Positions 1 to 15,292 of a DNA stretch of 64,000 nucleotides are shown piece after piece; within the stretch, counting starts at the first letter, position 1; every line of letters starts with the position of its first letter. The stretch lies in NCBI RefSeq assembly GCF_009914755.1, contig NC_060925.1; one strand, 5' to 3'. Source of the DNA: the human T2T-CHM13v2.0 reference genome, Homo sapiens. Under the pieces are notes generated by a model that was not told where the DNA came from, ran no database searches, and saw only the letters and a list, made by a program, of their open reading frames with translations. A program made the translations under genes and the position numbers.

Positions 1-170
1 TGGCCCAACCCACTTTCCTATTAAGGATACAAGCTGAAAGTTACATGAATCACTTCTACTCATGTCTCATTGGTTATAACTTTGCCACATGGCCACACCT
101 ATCAGTAGGGGAAGTGGGAAACATAAGGATTATTCTGACTAGCCATGTTCCTGGATACTAATTCTCTGAC
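1..170 (-). mobile_element. MaLR (MLT1-like) LTR fragment
   Basis: atcacttctactcatgtctcattgg...cacatggccacacct motif typical of old MLT1. Confidence 0.4.
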
Positions 171-269
171 TTCAGAATAAGGAGATAATGCATAGTAGTG
201 GACTATTGGCATTCTTTGTGATGATAACTCTAAAAAGAAGCTATGTGACCAGATATCATAATGATAATG

Positions 270-331
270 TGTTCTAAACTAAGAGTTTCACTGAAATACC
301 CAAATACAAGTAATATGTATGTGATGGACAT
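270..331 (+). repeat. 62-bp dispersed direct repeat, copy 1
   Basis: 58/62 identical to 3037-3098. Confidence 0.9.
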
Positions 332-707
332 TTGTCCTTGACTACCTAACATCCATTCACTCTAATTTCAGTAATATACTCATTTTTATTTGAGAATCCA
401 TTCTCCCTCACTCTTAGTCCATGGGGCTCTGCAGGTATGACTCCATTCTTAGCTCTAGCAGTGACTTGTGACCAACTCTAGGGGTGACTTGTGACCTAGC
501 CTAGCCAACCAGAACTTCACATTCCCTAGACAACAACAGCTGTTTCAAGAATGGGCACATGACTTCATTACAGCTACTAGGAAAGCTGACTTACTTTAAG
601 TTTACAGTCATCTTGCTGCATGGACCCTGGCAATAAGACCAATTTTATGTTATTTTATTTTTATCCTAGGATCCAGCCATATTTGGAGTCTGCTCTACAC
701 TGGAACA

Positions 708-743
<36 letters not shown>

Positions 744-1167
744 TGGAGTTTTGCTCTTGTCGCCCCGGCTGGAGTGCAGTGGTGCGACCTCAGCGATCTC
801 AGCGATCTCAGCGATCTCAGCTCACTACAACCTCTGCCTCTTGGGTTCAAGCAGTTCTCCTGCCTCAACCACCTGAGTAGCTGGGATTACAGGCGCCTGC
901 CACCACGCCTGGCTAATTTTTGTATTTTTAGTAGAGATGGGGTTTCACCAGGTTGGTCAGTCTGGTCTCGAACTCCTGACCTCAGGTGATCCACCCACCT
1001 CGGCCTCCCAAAGTGCTGGGATTACAGGCGTGAGCCACCATGCCCAGCCTACACTTGGGCTTCTTAGGCACAAGATCCAGTAAGCCCTCCCTCCTCCTCC
1101 CCACCCCTTTTTTCTTTACACTAGTGTTTTCTGTAATCCTGCAACAGAAAGAGTCCTAACTGATATA
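320..1167 (+). mobile_element. ERVL LTR33-like solo LTR interrupted by an Alu
   Basis: Starts tgtgatggacatt...catccattc; ends gcaacagaaagagtcctaactgata. Confidence 0.5.
710..1049 (-). mobile_element. Alu (S-type) with internal 9-mer tandem expansion
   Basis: Poly-T plus Alu consensus; GCGA(C/T)CTCA x4 at 784-819. Confidence 0.95.
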
Positions 1168-2235
1168 TTTGTGACCATTTCTAAAATCTCCAAAATGTAA
1201 AATTATACAATTAAGAATTAAAATAATTTTTTAAAACCAAGTGATATCTGACTGGTTCATATATTTAAATGAATAAATTATTATCATATAGAAAAGAAAT
1301 GCAAAGCATCATTGTTCTACTCTGCATTTCCAAAATTTGAAGCACTGGTCTGATTATAGGCTTCAAAATCTAGTTCAAGAATTCTGTCTCACACATTGCC
1401 AACCAACATTACTGTAGATTCGAGAGCTTAAAAATTTGGTCATTATCAAGAATTCAGCCTTAAGTTCTTTCTGGAGTGAAGTAGGACTATAGATAAGTTT
1501 AAAAAGTCATCAAGCAATTTTTTTCTCCTTTGGACGGCTTCTTTTCTAAGAAGTCAGTCTCTGTTTTCACACAAACCCCATATTCTCATCCTGTGGTACT
1601 TTAAAAGCACAACAATACTTCTTACCACTTAGAGTGAATAAATAATTCACAGTAAGATAATATCAAATGTAACACAGAATTAGTCAAACATCTTACAAGC
1701 CCCTTGAGAAGTATCTTCAAAAGAAAATACCGAGGGACAATTTTATGGATTCCTGTATTTTTTCCAATAATGTCAACACAATAAGAAACATTCATATTTC
1801 GTGTTGCCTTTTTGGAAAAGTCCCATTTGATCAACAGGGTAGCTCTGGTGTTCTAATGCACAAGAAGCCCAGACAGCTCTTGCAGTTTGCCAGATAATAG
1901 AATATAAGCTAAAAGGAGCTGAGAGGTCTTCCAGCACATCTTCTCTAGGGAATGATTGCAGCAGAATTATGCTAGAAATGAGAGATTTATCTCTCTTTAA
2001 AGACCGGCAGAGAAAGGAATTCCATTCTTGTCTTAGTAATCCATTTCAGTGCATAACAAGCCTCACAAGAAATTGATCAACTATATTTTATACAAATCCT
2101 TTGAGCTGAAATTTTTCTGTTATCAGTGAAAATAGAAAGCTGCTAGTGACTGTCATCAGTGTGCGAGCCCTTCATATGTTTGGACACTGGAAAAAAGAGT
2201 TCTTATTTATGATGAATATCTTAACCCCTTTAACT

Positions 2236-2462
2236 TAGTAGTTCTCAACTGGGGGCAATTTTACCTCCAAGGGACAGTTGACAATTTCTGTAGACATTTT
2301 TTAGTTGTCACAGATGGAGGGGGAATGCTACTGGCATATAATGGGCAGAGGCCAAACATGGTGCTAACCACTCTACGATACACAAGACAGTGTATCACAC
2401 ACACACACACACAACAAAGAATAATCCCCAAATGTTAAAAGTACCAGGGTTAACAAACTCTG
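2236..2462 (+). mobile_element. MER20 (hAT-Charlie DNA transposon)
   Basis: tagtagttctcaactgggggcaatttt...tgctactggcat...cacaacaaagaat...aacaaactctg. Confidence 0.85.
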
Positions 2463-2509
2463 CTACCTTTCCTCATATAGTCTTATTTTCTAGACCCTTA
2501 ATAATAATT

Positions 2510-2822
2510 CTCTTTTCTTTTTTTTTTTTTTGAGATAGAGTCTTGCTCTGTCGCCCACCGCCCACACTGGAATGCAGTAGCACAATTTCAACTCACTACA
2601 GCCATGACCTCTCCAGCTCAAGCAATCCTTCCACCTCAGCCTCCCGAGTAGCTGGGACCACAGGCACGTGCCACCAAACCTGGCCAATTTTTGTATTTTT
2701 TTGTAGAGAAGGAGTTTCGCCATGTTGCCTGGGCTGGGCTAGAACTCCTGGGCTCAAGTGATCTGCCTGCCTCTTGGCCTCCCAAAGTGCTGAGATTACA
2801 GGCATGAGCCACCATGCCTGGC
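2510..2822 (-). mobile_element. Alu (J-type)
   Basis: Alu consensus with poly-T. Confidence 0.92.
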
Positions 2823-3036
2823 AAATTTGAATTTTCTTTGAGCCTCCTCTCAGACTTAAATTAGATTTGAAGCTATGAATTACAAATGGGCCTGATTATT
2901 AGTGAACATTAAGGACAAATTACTTCATAATTCCTTCAGTCTGTGATACTTGTTAAGCGATAATTGAAAGTGACTATGTCCTGCATGAAGGTTATAGACA
3001 CAGAACTCTCTGGGGATATAAATGACCCACATCAAA

Positions 3037-3098
3037 TGTTCTAACCTAAGAGTTTCACTGAAATCCTCAAATACAAGTAATATGTATGTGATGAACAT
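3037..3098 (+). repeat. 62-bp dispersed direct repeat, copy 2
   Basis: 58/62 identical to 270-331. Confidence 0.9.
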
Positions 3099-3361
3099 AA
3101 GTATTTTGATGAATTATAAGTGCATACCCAAAGTACTATCCAAATAAGATTACCACAATATCTGAGACTGACAGAAAAGGAGACGGGCTGAGTGTGGTGG
3201 GAGGGGAAACCTCCATTTGATCTTCTTGAGCTACAGCCAGAGAATAAGAGTGATGGAAAAGGGAGGTCTCCCAAAGCTCACTCTTACAACTCGCAATGGA
3301 GGTGACCAAAGAAAGGGACTGAGTGAGGCTTCCTAGCTTCAAGTGTTTCATTGTGGCCTAA

Positions 3362-3730
<369 letters not shown>

Positions 3731-4389
3731 TAACTTCTGTAACTTTTCTAATGTTAATTTTAAATCTTCTATTTCTCAGTAATATAGACCAGTAAAAACC
3801 CTTTAAGTGCACAGATTTGTGAGCCTGTTTCAAAATAGCAGAAACAACCCCCTTTAAGGCAAACTGTGGAAAAATGGATTTCCGGGAGAAAAACTGGACT
3901 AGCTAGGAGGAGAATCAATCTGGGAGAGTCCCTGAAATGTGCAAGAAGAAATTTGGGATCCATGCAGAGCTAATGCTGGGGTTGGAAAAAGTGCTTCACG
4001 TCTTCAAATATGGATGCTGAGTTCTGCTTTACATAGCGCCTCATAAGAGGATTTAATACATGTTTTTCTGATTTTGATTAGCATTTTGCTTCTAAATACT
4101 GTTCTTAAATTCAAATTATAGCTTTCCAGAGGATAAAAAAAAAGATGAAGAAATATGCTGAGGTCTGCATAGAGATCAAATGACCATTCCACTCTAAAAC
4201 CATGGATTCTGACATTTGTTGGGTTTTCATGCCAGGTTTGACATTTCTTACGCTTGATGTCTACATACAAACATTCACATTGGAGAGTCTGAACAAAAAT
4301 CACTTGGTTGGTTTGAGCATTGTAAGGAATACATAAAATGTTCCTTGAAATTATAGTTCCAAGTTTGCTTTTATATTTAGATGACTCGT

Positions 4390-4757
4390 TGATATGGTTA
4401 GGCTCTGTGTCCCCACCCAAATCTCATCTTTGAATTATAATCCTCACATGTCAAGGGAGAGACCAGGAGGTAATTGAAGCATGGGGGCAGTTTCCCCCAT
4501 GCTGTTCTCATGATAATGAGTGAGTTCTCACAAGATCTGATGGTTTTATAAGAGGCTCTTTCCCCTTCACTCGGCACTTCTCCTTCCTGTTGCCGTGTGA
4601 AGACGGTACCTTGCTTCCCATTCACCTTCCGCCATGATTGCAAGTTTCCTGAGGCCTCCCCAGCCACGCTGAACTGTGAGTCAATTAAACCTCTTCCCTT
4701 TATAAATTATCCAGTCTCAGGCAGTTATATATAGCAGTATGAAAACAGACTAATACA
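4390..4757 (+). mobile_element. THE1 solo LTR (THE1D-like, ERVL-MaLR)
   Basis: Full length: TGATATGGTT...ccccacccaaatctcatc...aattaaacctct...gactaataCA. Confidence 0.92.
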
Positions 4758-5419
4758 CTCACAAAGACTTTATTTGCACACTATCCATTTAGCATGAAAG
4801 ATGATCTGGATGAATATGAAAAACAATTAATTTCAAATTTAAGTAAAGAAAAGATGGCAGCTTAGTGTCTCTCACATTCTCTCTCCTTCCAACTCCATCT
4901 TGACTCCATCTGCTGGGGCCAATCAGTAGGCAGGAGTGACCTGGAAGGGGAGAATCATAAACCTGATGTAATGGTTTCTTCAGAGCGGGAGGGACAGGAG
5001 CTGAGGATTAAAGCTGGATAGTCCTGACATGAAAATCTAAAAATGGTGGTTGCTGGCAGCTGGACCCTCTTGTGGTGCCATGATAGCTGGCCTGCCAAGA
5101 GGTTGATTTCTGCTCTGTGAAAGTACACATATTCTCCCTGACTGCAGCTGCTGGGGGAGAACCAAACTGAGGCCAGGAGAACATGAGGAGATCAGGGAGC
5201 TTCCTTCCTTCCTGAAAAACTATCTGCTATTATACAACATGAAACATGCAGACACTGCTGTCTTTCACCCTTTCGGTGACACTGAAGCTACTTCCAAGGC
5301 ACCCAAAACCAGGAAGAGAAGGAGAAAATTGAATAGAGTAAGTCCCTTATGAAACAGAGTTGCTGAAAGAGGCAGATGATAACTTGTGCAGCAAGAACAA
5401 ATTAATAAGAACACAAAGG

Positions 5420-6450
<1,031 letters not shown>

Positions 6451-6457
6451 ATAAATT

Positions 6458-6747
6458 ATTTTTGAGATGGAGTCTCACTCTGTTGCCCAGGCTGGAGTGT
6501 AGTGGTGTGCTCTTGGCTCACTGCAATCTCTCTGCCTCTCAGGTTCAAGCGATTCTCCTGCCTCAGCCTCCCAAGTAGCTGGGACTATAGACATGCACCA
6601 CCATGCCTGGCTGATTTTTGTATTTTTAGTAGAGACGAAGTTTTGCCATGTTGGTCAGGCCAGTCTGGAACTCCTGACCCCAGGTGATCCATCTATCTTG
6701 GCCTCCCAAAGTGCTAGGATTACAGGTGTGAGCCACTGTGCCCAGCC
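6458..6747 (-). mobile_element. Alu (S-type)
   Basis: Alu consensus. Confidence 0.93.
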
Positions 6748-6819
6748 ATAACAAATTAACTTCGATATATACATATATAAAATATATAAAGTGCATACAT
6801 ATATAATATAGAAATATAA

Positions 6820-7610
6820 TTAATTATCTGTCATTGCATAACAAATTATCCCAAAATTTAGTGACTGAAAACAACAGTATGCATTTGTTATCTCTGTTTT
6901 TGTGAGCCAAGAGTGGCTTAGCTAGGAAAATCTGTCTTGAAGTCTCTCACAGAGATGAACTCATGATGTGGGCCCAGGCTGCAGTTACTTGAAGGCTAAA
7001 CAGGAACTGGAGGATCAGCTTCCCTGGTGGGTCACTCATATAGCTGTCAAGTTGTTTAGCTCTCGGCAGGAAACCTCAGTTCCCTGCAGGTGGGCTCTGC
7101 TAGGCCTAGGGCTGCTCAAGTGTCCTCATGATATGGTGGCCAGCATGACCCAGGGCTAGTTATCCACAACAGAGGAAGCCAGGAGCAGCCTCAGAGGTTG
7201 CACAGTATCATTCTAGAAGCAAGTCACTAAATCCAGGCTATGTTCAAGGAGAGGGCAATTAGATGCCACCTTTGAAATAAGAAGTGTTAAAATATTTATT
7301 TTGAGATGGAGTCTTGCACTGTTGCCCGGGGTGGACTGTAATGGCACAATCTTGGCTCACTGCAACCTTCTCTCCCCAGGTTCAAGCGATTCTCCTGCCT
7401 CAGCCTCCCAAGTAGCTGTGATTACAGGAACCCGCCACCACCCCCAGCTAATTTTGTGTATTTTTTTAGTAGAGACGGGATTTCACTATGTTGGCCAGGG
7501 TGGTCTCAGACTCCTGACCTTGTCACCCGCCTGCCTCAGCCTCCCAAAGTGCTGGGATTACAGGCATGAGCCACTGCGCCCGGCCTGTGAATATATTTTA
7601 AAACACCACA
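6820..7610 (-). mobile_element. MLT1 (F/G-like) LTR interrupted by an Alu
   Basis: cataacaaattatcccaaaatttagtgac...aaacctcagttcc...aagtcactaaatccagg...aaacaccaca. Confidence 0.7.
7296..7585 (-). mobile_element. Alu (S-type)
   Basis: Alu consensus. Confidence 0.93.
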
Positions 7611-8229
7611 TATATAAAGTAAAAGCTAATAGAAATGCAGGGAAAAACCTAATAAAAATTCAATCGTGTTAATAAATTTCAACATATCTTTTTTCAGAAT
7701 TGGACAAATAAAGCAGACAAAAAATTAAGGAAATGTAGAAAAAATGCATTAATATGCAGATTTAATAAACATACATAGAGCCTTATATCCCTCAGAAAGA
7801 GCACATACATCCTTTAATCCATAAAATAAATAAAAGGGAGACCTAAAGTAAAAACATGTAGCAATATATTTGCTAGCATTTTTTTTTTTAGTTCATTCTG
7901 TATGGCAGGTGCCTAAGCACTTTACATGTAACAATTTATTTAATTCTCACAACAACCCATGAAGTAGGATTACATTAACCACTTGGAAATAACGAAACAT
8001 ATCAACACATGCTAGCTTATCTTTGGTCTAAAGAGGGAATAAAAACTGAAATTATAACTGGGAGTGGATATTCATCAAAGTGCACTAATACAGGTATACT
8101 GGAGTTAATGGCTAACATCCATTCAACTGGTAGGTTCCTGCACAAAACACTGGTTGTTAAACATTTTTAATATAACCCCTATTATAAACTATCTAAAGAA
8201 CTTTGAAGAGAATACTTCATAAAAATAGC

Positions 8230-10285
8230 TTACACTTTATACAAAAATTACATCAAAATGGATTTCAGACTTAAACATAAAATTTAAAACTATAAACCTT
8301 TTTGTAAAAAAGTAGGAGAAAATCTAGGGAATTTAGGGCTAGACAAAGTTCTTATACTTGACACCAAAAGCATGAATCATGAAAGGAAGAATTAATCAAT
8401 TGGACCTCATCAAAATTTAAAACTTTTGCTCTGCCAAAGCCCATGTGAAGAGGATGAAAAGATAAACTACAGATTGGGAGAAAATATTTTCAAATCACAG
8501 ATCCGACAAAAGATTAGCATCTAGAATATATAAAGATCCTTTTGAACACAACAGTAAAACACCCAAGCAACTCAGTTAGAAAATGTGCAAAGACATGAAC
8601 GAACATTTCACTGAAGAGGCTCTGTATAGCAACTAAGCACATGAAAACATGCTCAACATCATTAGCCATCGGGAAATGCAAGCTAAAACCACGATGGGAT
8701 TTAACTACAAACCGGTCAAATAAAATTTAATAAATTAAATAAAATGAATATAAAATAAAATAAAATAAAATTTAATCAAAGCTGGAACAATTCGAGCAAC
8801 AAAATAAAGTAGTATTGAATTATAGTAAAATAGTGAAAACACCAAATGCTGGCAAGGATATGGAGAAATTGGACCACTCATATTTTGCTGGTGGGAACGT
8901 AAAAGGGTACAACCACTCTGGAAAACAGTTTGGTAGTTTCTTATAAAACTAAACAAGCAATTTACCATACCACCCGGCCATTGCATTCTTGGGCATCTAT
9001 CCCAGAGACATGAACATTTATATTAACACAAAAACCTACACATAAATATTTATAGCATTTTTATTCCTAGTGGCCCCAAAACTGGAAGCAGCCCACATGT
9101 CTTTCAGCAGGTGAATGATTAAACAGACTGTGGTATATGTTCATTGTAGCATTATTCACAGTAGCCAAGATCAACCTAAGTGTTTACTGATAGATGAATG
9201 GATAAAGAAAATGTGGTATATACACAGAGTGGAATACTGTTCACCCATCAAAACGTTGGAAATCCTGTCATTTGCAACAACATAGATGAATCTGAAGGAC
9301 ATTAGGTTAAGTGAAATGAGCCAGATACAGAAAGACGGATACCACAGGATCTCACTTACATGTGGAATCTAACAAAGTTGAACTCATTGAAGTGGAGAGT
9401 AGAATGGTCGTTTCCAGGGCTAAAGGGGTGGGGGAGATTGGGGAGATGTTGGTCAAAATATACAGAAGTTCATTTAGACAGGAGGGATAAGGTTTCAAGA
9501 GACTGTACAACACGGTGACTATAGTTAATAATATATATTGTATACTTGAAAATTGCTGCATAGATTTTAAGTGTTCTTGCCCCCCAAAAATGTGTCTGTG
9601 AGATAATACATATGTTAAGTAGCTCAATTTAGTCATTACACAATGTATAGATATTTCAAAATATCATATTATACATACAAATATATACTTTTTATTTGTC
9701 AATTTAAAAATGTTTAAAGTTGTGGTGTATACACACTATGGACTAATACTCAGTAATAAAAATGAACAAACTATTGATAGATACAATAATTTGGATTAGT
9801 CGTCAGGGAATTATGCTGAGGGAAGAAAAGCCAAACCCAAAAGCATACGTACTATATAAGTCCATTTATATGACATTTCTGAAATGAAAAAAATTAAGAA
9901 ATAAAGAACAGTTTAGCAGTTGCCAGGGGTTAAGGACAGGGGTAGGGAGGTTGGTGTCATAAACGAGCAACATGAAAAATTACTGGGGTGGTGAAACTTC
10001 AGTATCTCGACTATGATGGTGGATACACATGGAATAATATTATACAGAACTAAATATACACACACACACACACACAGGCATACACAAAAATCAATACAAG
10101 TAAGGAAAACTGGGAAAGCCTGAATAAAATTGGTGGATTGTACAATGTCAATATCCTGGTTCTGATATCGTCCTGTAGTTTTCCATAATGTTACCACTGG
10201 GGAAATTGGGCAAAGGGTACAAGGCATCTCTCTGTATTTTTACTTATAACTGCATGTTAAGCTATGATTATCTCATTACAATTTC
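8230..10285 (+). mobile_element. L1M (MC/MD-like) ORF2 3' end and 3' UTR
   Basis: L1 motifs acaaaaatt..caaaatggat, gattgggagaaaatattt, ccactctggaaaacagtttgg. Confidence 0.85.
9137..9712 (+). mobile_element. L1MA-like 3' end nested in the older L1
   Basis: Second copy of the gaatggataaagaaaatgtgg region with a distinct 3' UTR; the host resumes at tgtggtgtat 9721. Confidence 0.7.
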
Positions 10286-10309
10286 AATTAGAAATAGATA
10301 GCTTCTAAG

Positions 10310-10455
10310 TTTTTATTTTTATTTATTTTTTTGAGACAAGGTCTCACTCTTGTTGCCCAGGCTGGTCTCAAACTCCTGAGCTCAAGCCATCCTTCCACCT
10401 CAGCGGGACTTTCCCAAAGTGCTGGAATTACAGGCATGAGCCACCGTGCCTGGCC
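10310..10455 (-). mobile_element. Alu monomer (FLAM-like)
   Basis: Single Alu arm. Confidence 0.8.
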
Positions 10456-10851
10456 TGAACTTTTAAAATATTTCAAAGGGCATGAAAAATGAGAGAAATA
10501 AATGCCATCTGTTATTGAAGACATGTAGCTATAGGTGGACTGTCTATCCGTCTGGAAAAAAAATACAGTCAGACCCTGTGTCTTATTATGCAAATTATAC
10601 CACATAAATAGAAGAAGAGATCATTAGCTTCATCTTTTATATATGTTTGTACCATGTAATTTTACTTGTTATTGCAAGCATGGGTTACTGCTGTAATGTT
10701 CAAAAAATCAAATGGAGAATTTTTTTAAGCCAAGCCCAAGTTTTTCCCTTCAATACTTCAAATGTTTACCACAATCTGCATGGAGTGCACATATCAGAGG
10801 AATATGCTAAATGTCCATTTTGGAGACAGTATACAGTCACATATTGGCTTA

Positions 10852-11172
<321 letters not shown>

Positions 11173-11594
11173 TCAAATTTAGGTGCACAAATATGTATTT
11201 AAGTTCATCTTGAAAGAATATTAGATAGCGACTGAAAAAATAAAGCAAAGCAATGCTCCCTAATGCAAAGCAAGAAAGAGACTGACTCAGTGTGGATGGG
11301 AATATGATGCTGCCTGTAACACACAGCAGCGACTATTCAGGCCTGTGGGCACTACCTGTATTAACTCAGGCAGCCACAGCACCAGGCAGAGCCAAACTCA
11401 TCATTTAAGACAGTTTGCTGAGGCCTGTAGGAAGACCACCAGGGCCTTAGGCAAATTGTAAAACAGAAAAATTTAAGTGTATTCCCTTTCCTTATGTCTT
11501 CCCCTTCCTCAGACTCCCATTGCCCATGTCATTGGATGTGGAAAGAGATTTTCTTGTCTGAAAATTTCAGCACCAGCCTCAAAGCTGTGGATGA

Positions 11595-11985
<391 letters not shown>

Positions 11986-12677
11986 TCCTGATCTTTAATA
12001 ATCACTACTATTACCCATCTCCAAGTTGGTAAGAAAAGGGGAGATTTATTAATGAGCTTCTTGGTAGTAAGAGAATTCGTATAATTAGAATGCCTTATTA
12101 ACATGCTTCCTCTCCCACCAGCAAGTCAAAAGAAGCAGTTCCACTTGGAAGGGATCCAAATGATCTACTTTAGAGATCGGCGCTATCTACAGGAGAGGAG
12201 ACTGGCATCTCATTTTTCCATCTGGAAGCTGGATGTCTTGCTGCCACAGTGAAATACAGGAGCATTTTGGGGAGAAAATGTCTTCAGGAAATTGTGTTAT
12301 ACAAGATAAAAGTAGAGACTAGTGGCTTAACTCTCCCCTCATAGGGTGGGGGCCTAGCTAGAGTTGCCCATGGCATCAGACAAGATTGTCTAACAAGCCA
12401 GCCCAGATTCTTAAGAATCACTCCTTCCTCTGAGTTCCATATTGCTGATTGGCAATGAAATAAAATATTCTGTCTCTGTAAGCACCCTCAGATCACAAAA
12501 CCTAATTTTCAGTTGAAAAATGTGGTCACCCTACATCTAGTCTTTCTCATTTATGTCACCATTTATTTTAATGTTTATACCCTACATGTCACTACAAATT
12601 CCTTGACAGCAGGGTTATTCTTCTTATTATTTGTCTCATTATATCCCCAGACTTAGCATGCAGTCGATTCTAGGTAA

Positions 12678-13094
<417 letters not shown>

Positions 13095-14354
13095 ACCCTT
13101 ACATTAACTTCCTAATGAACTGGGAATCAAAACTACAGGCTTACTGTTTTACCAATGATCTGTGGCCCAGATTTCTGAAAATGCTATGTTCCACTTTCTC
13201 TGTTTTAAAAATGGGAACAACAATATATTTTTTTCTGTCTAATCACTAAGCATATTAGCAGAATCAAATGAGATGATGTGACTCATGTTGCTCTGTAAAT
13301 CTGATTATGTATCATTAGCCCTTTGCAAGATCATTTCCAGAGAGACACAGAAATAACTTATCTAAAAGGATACTAGCTTCTCACAGGATTTTCTTTTTTA
13401 TCCTCTTGTCAAACTAGAAATCAAGATTGGTAAGATTTCGGTCCTATAGGAATGAGATAGCTGGGCCATGAAGCAATTATGACTTATTTCAAGGATTTAA
13501 ACAATGTAAAGAAAGCTTAGCTCCAAGGCTTCTCATTCTGTAAAGGTTAAAAATTGTATCCTAATTTCCATTTCTGGAATCTCTATTAGTCACAAGGAGG
13601 AGTCTACTGTGCCCTAGTTTAGCAGAAGGCAGATTAAGTACAAGATCGACATTTGCTCTCAAAGAAAGCAAATAGCCATATTTTGTCTTGAGAAACTACC
13701 ACGATATGGAGAAAAAGATGAAAGATAATAAGATTATCTGGTGGGTTTTATTTGCCGTGTTAATGCTCTGGATGATTCAGGAAAACAAGCCCAGAAACTG
13801 AATTGTCTAGATTATTTGTCATCATCTGAATCTGAATTTGCTTATTCCACAGATAAATCAGCCAACCCTTCATTTTCCTGCTGGTTGTTTAAAAGTAGGG
13901 AAATGAATCAAATATCCAATTTTTCTTCCCTGGTAGTGGAGAGTCCAGAGCTCTGACCTCAGCTAGAATTTTGGGGGTACAAAATCAGAACTGCCTGGGG
14001 TACAGGTGAACAGCAATGGGGGCCTGAGGTGGGGGACCCAATGAAGGAGTCTCGGGTAGCAAAAATAGAGGGCCAAAAAGATCAATGGCCCAGACAAAAG
14101 ACAACTGGATTCGAAACAAAGATCTGCAATAGTGCATACAAGATGGAGTGACTGCGATGACTGAGTGTGGGGGTACCTGAAAGTGCAGCAGGCAGAAGGA
14201 CATCCTACGAAGTGCCCATTTCTGAGCATCATTAGCTGTAGCAAGTCAGAGCAGCAGCTGTCACTTCACATAACACATTGCCAAGCAGAACTGAGAGTAT
14301 CTAGTGATTTCCAAAGTACCACAGAGAAGTCAACTAATAGAATCCTTGCTAATT

Positions 14355-15065
14355 TATTCACCCATTCATTTCTTCATTCAACCAACACTAATCGAGTGCC
14401 ATTCTATGCCAAGATCTGTTCTGTGCTATTAGGATATGGCAGTGAATGACACATGTGGAGCTTCGAGTCTAATGAAGGAAAACTACAACTATAGACAAAG
14501 TAAATAAGAAAGCTATATGGTATTTAATATTTAAGAAGATATTAAGGGCTATGGAAAAAATTACAGCAGGGTAAAAGGTATTGAGAGTGCCAAGAGTGGG
14601 AAGAATTTGCCATTTTAAGCAGAGTACTTACTGAGAAGGGGATGTTTGAGCAAAGACTTGAGAGAGGTGAAGGAGTTTGCCATGTAGATATCTAGGAACA
14701 GAATGGTCCACAGTGTTCCAGGCAAAGAGGACAGCCAGGGCCTGAGTCAGGGACAGGCCTGTTTGGGGGAACAACAAGGAAACCAGTGTGGTTGGAGGTG
14801 AGAGAGTGAGGGGATGAAATCAGAAAGGAAAGGAGGGGAGCAGAGTTGCAGATCACACTGGGCCTTCTAGGTCTTTAGAAAGACTTTGACTTTTGATCTG
14901 CAAGAAATGGGGAATTGTTGGAGGTTTTGCAGCAGAGGAGTGATGTGATCTGATTTAGCATTCAAAAGGATTTATTTGGAAACTGTATTAATAAGAGACT
15001 GTAGAAAAACAAGGGTGGAAGCAGAGACTAGTTAGGAGGCTTTTGTGTTATCCGAGAGAGAGAGA
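14355..15065 (-). mobile_element. L2 3' region
   Basis: ttcattcaac...gagtgcc..ctatgcca..tgtgcta L2 terminus and downstream L2 motifs. Confidence 0.8.
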
Positions 15066-15145
15066 TGTCAGTACAAGTGACGGGTAAAATTTAATCTGCT
15101 GTTCCTCAGTGAGCAGTACATTTGGATATTGTACCTATATTGATT

Positions 15146-15292
15146 CTTTTTTTTTTTTTTTTTTTTTTTTTTCAGACAGGCTCTCACTCTCTCACCCAGG
15201 CTGGAGTGCAATGGCATGATCATGGCTCACTGAGCCTCAACCTCCCAGGCTCAGTTGATCCTCCTACCTCAGCCTCCCAAGTATCTGGGATT
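15146..15292 (-). mobile_element. Partial Alu (right arm)
   Basis: Poly-T plus right arm only. Confidence 0.85.

Noticed and set aside
1200-1300. AATAAA at 1272-1277 as a possible 3' end of a lncRNA from the upstream neighbourhood (I recall DDX59 and its antisense RNA lying on this side of CAMSAP2)
   Set aside because: The hexamer is common in AT-rich DNA and no exon structure can be supported from the sequence alone
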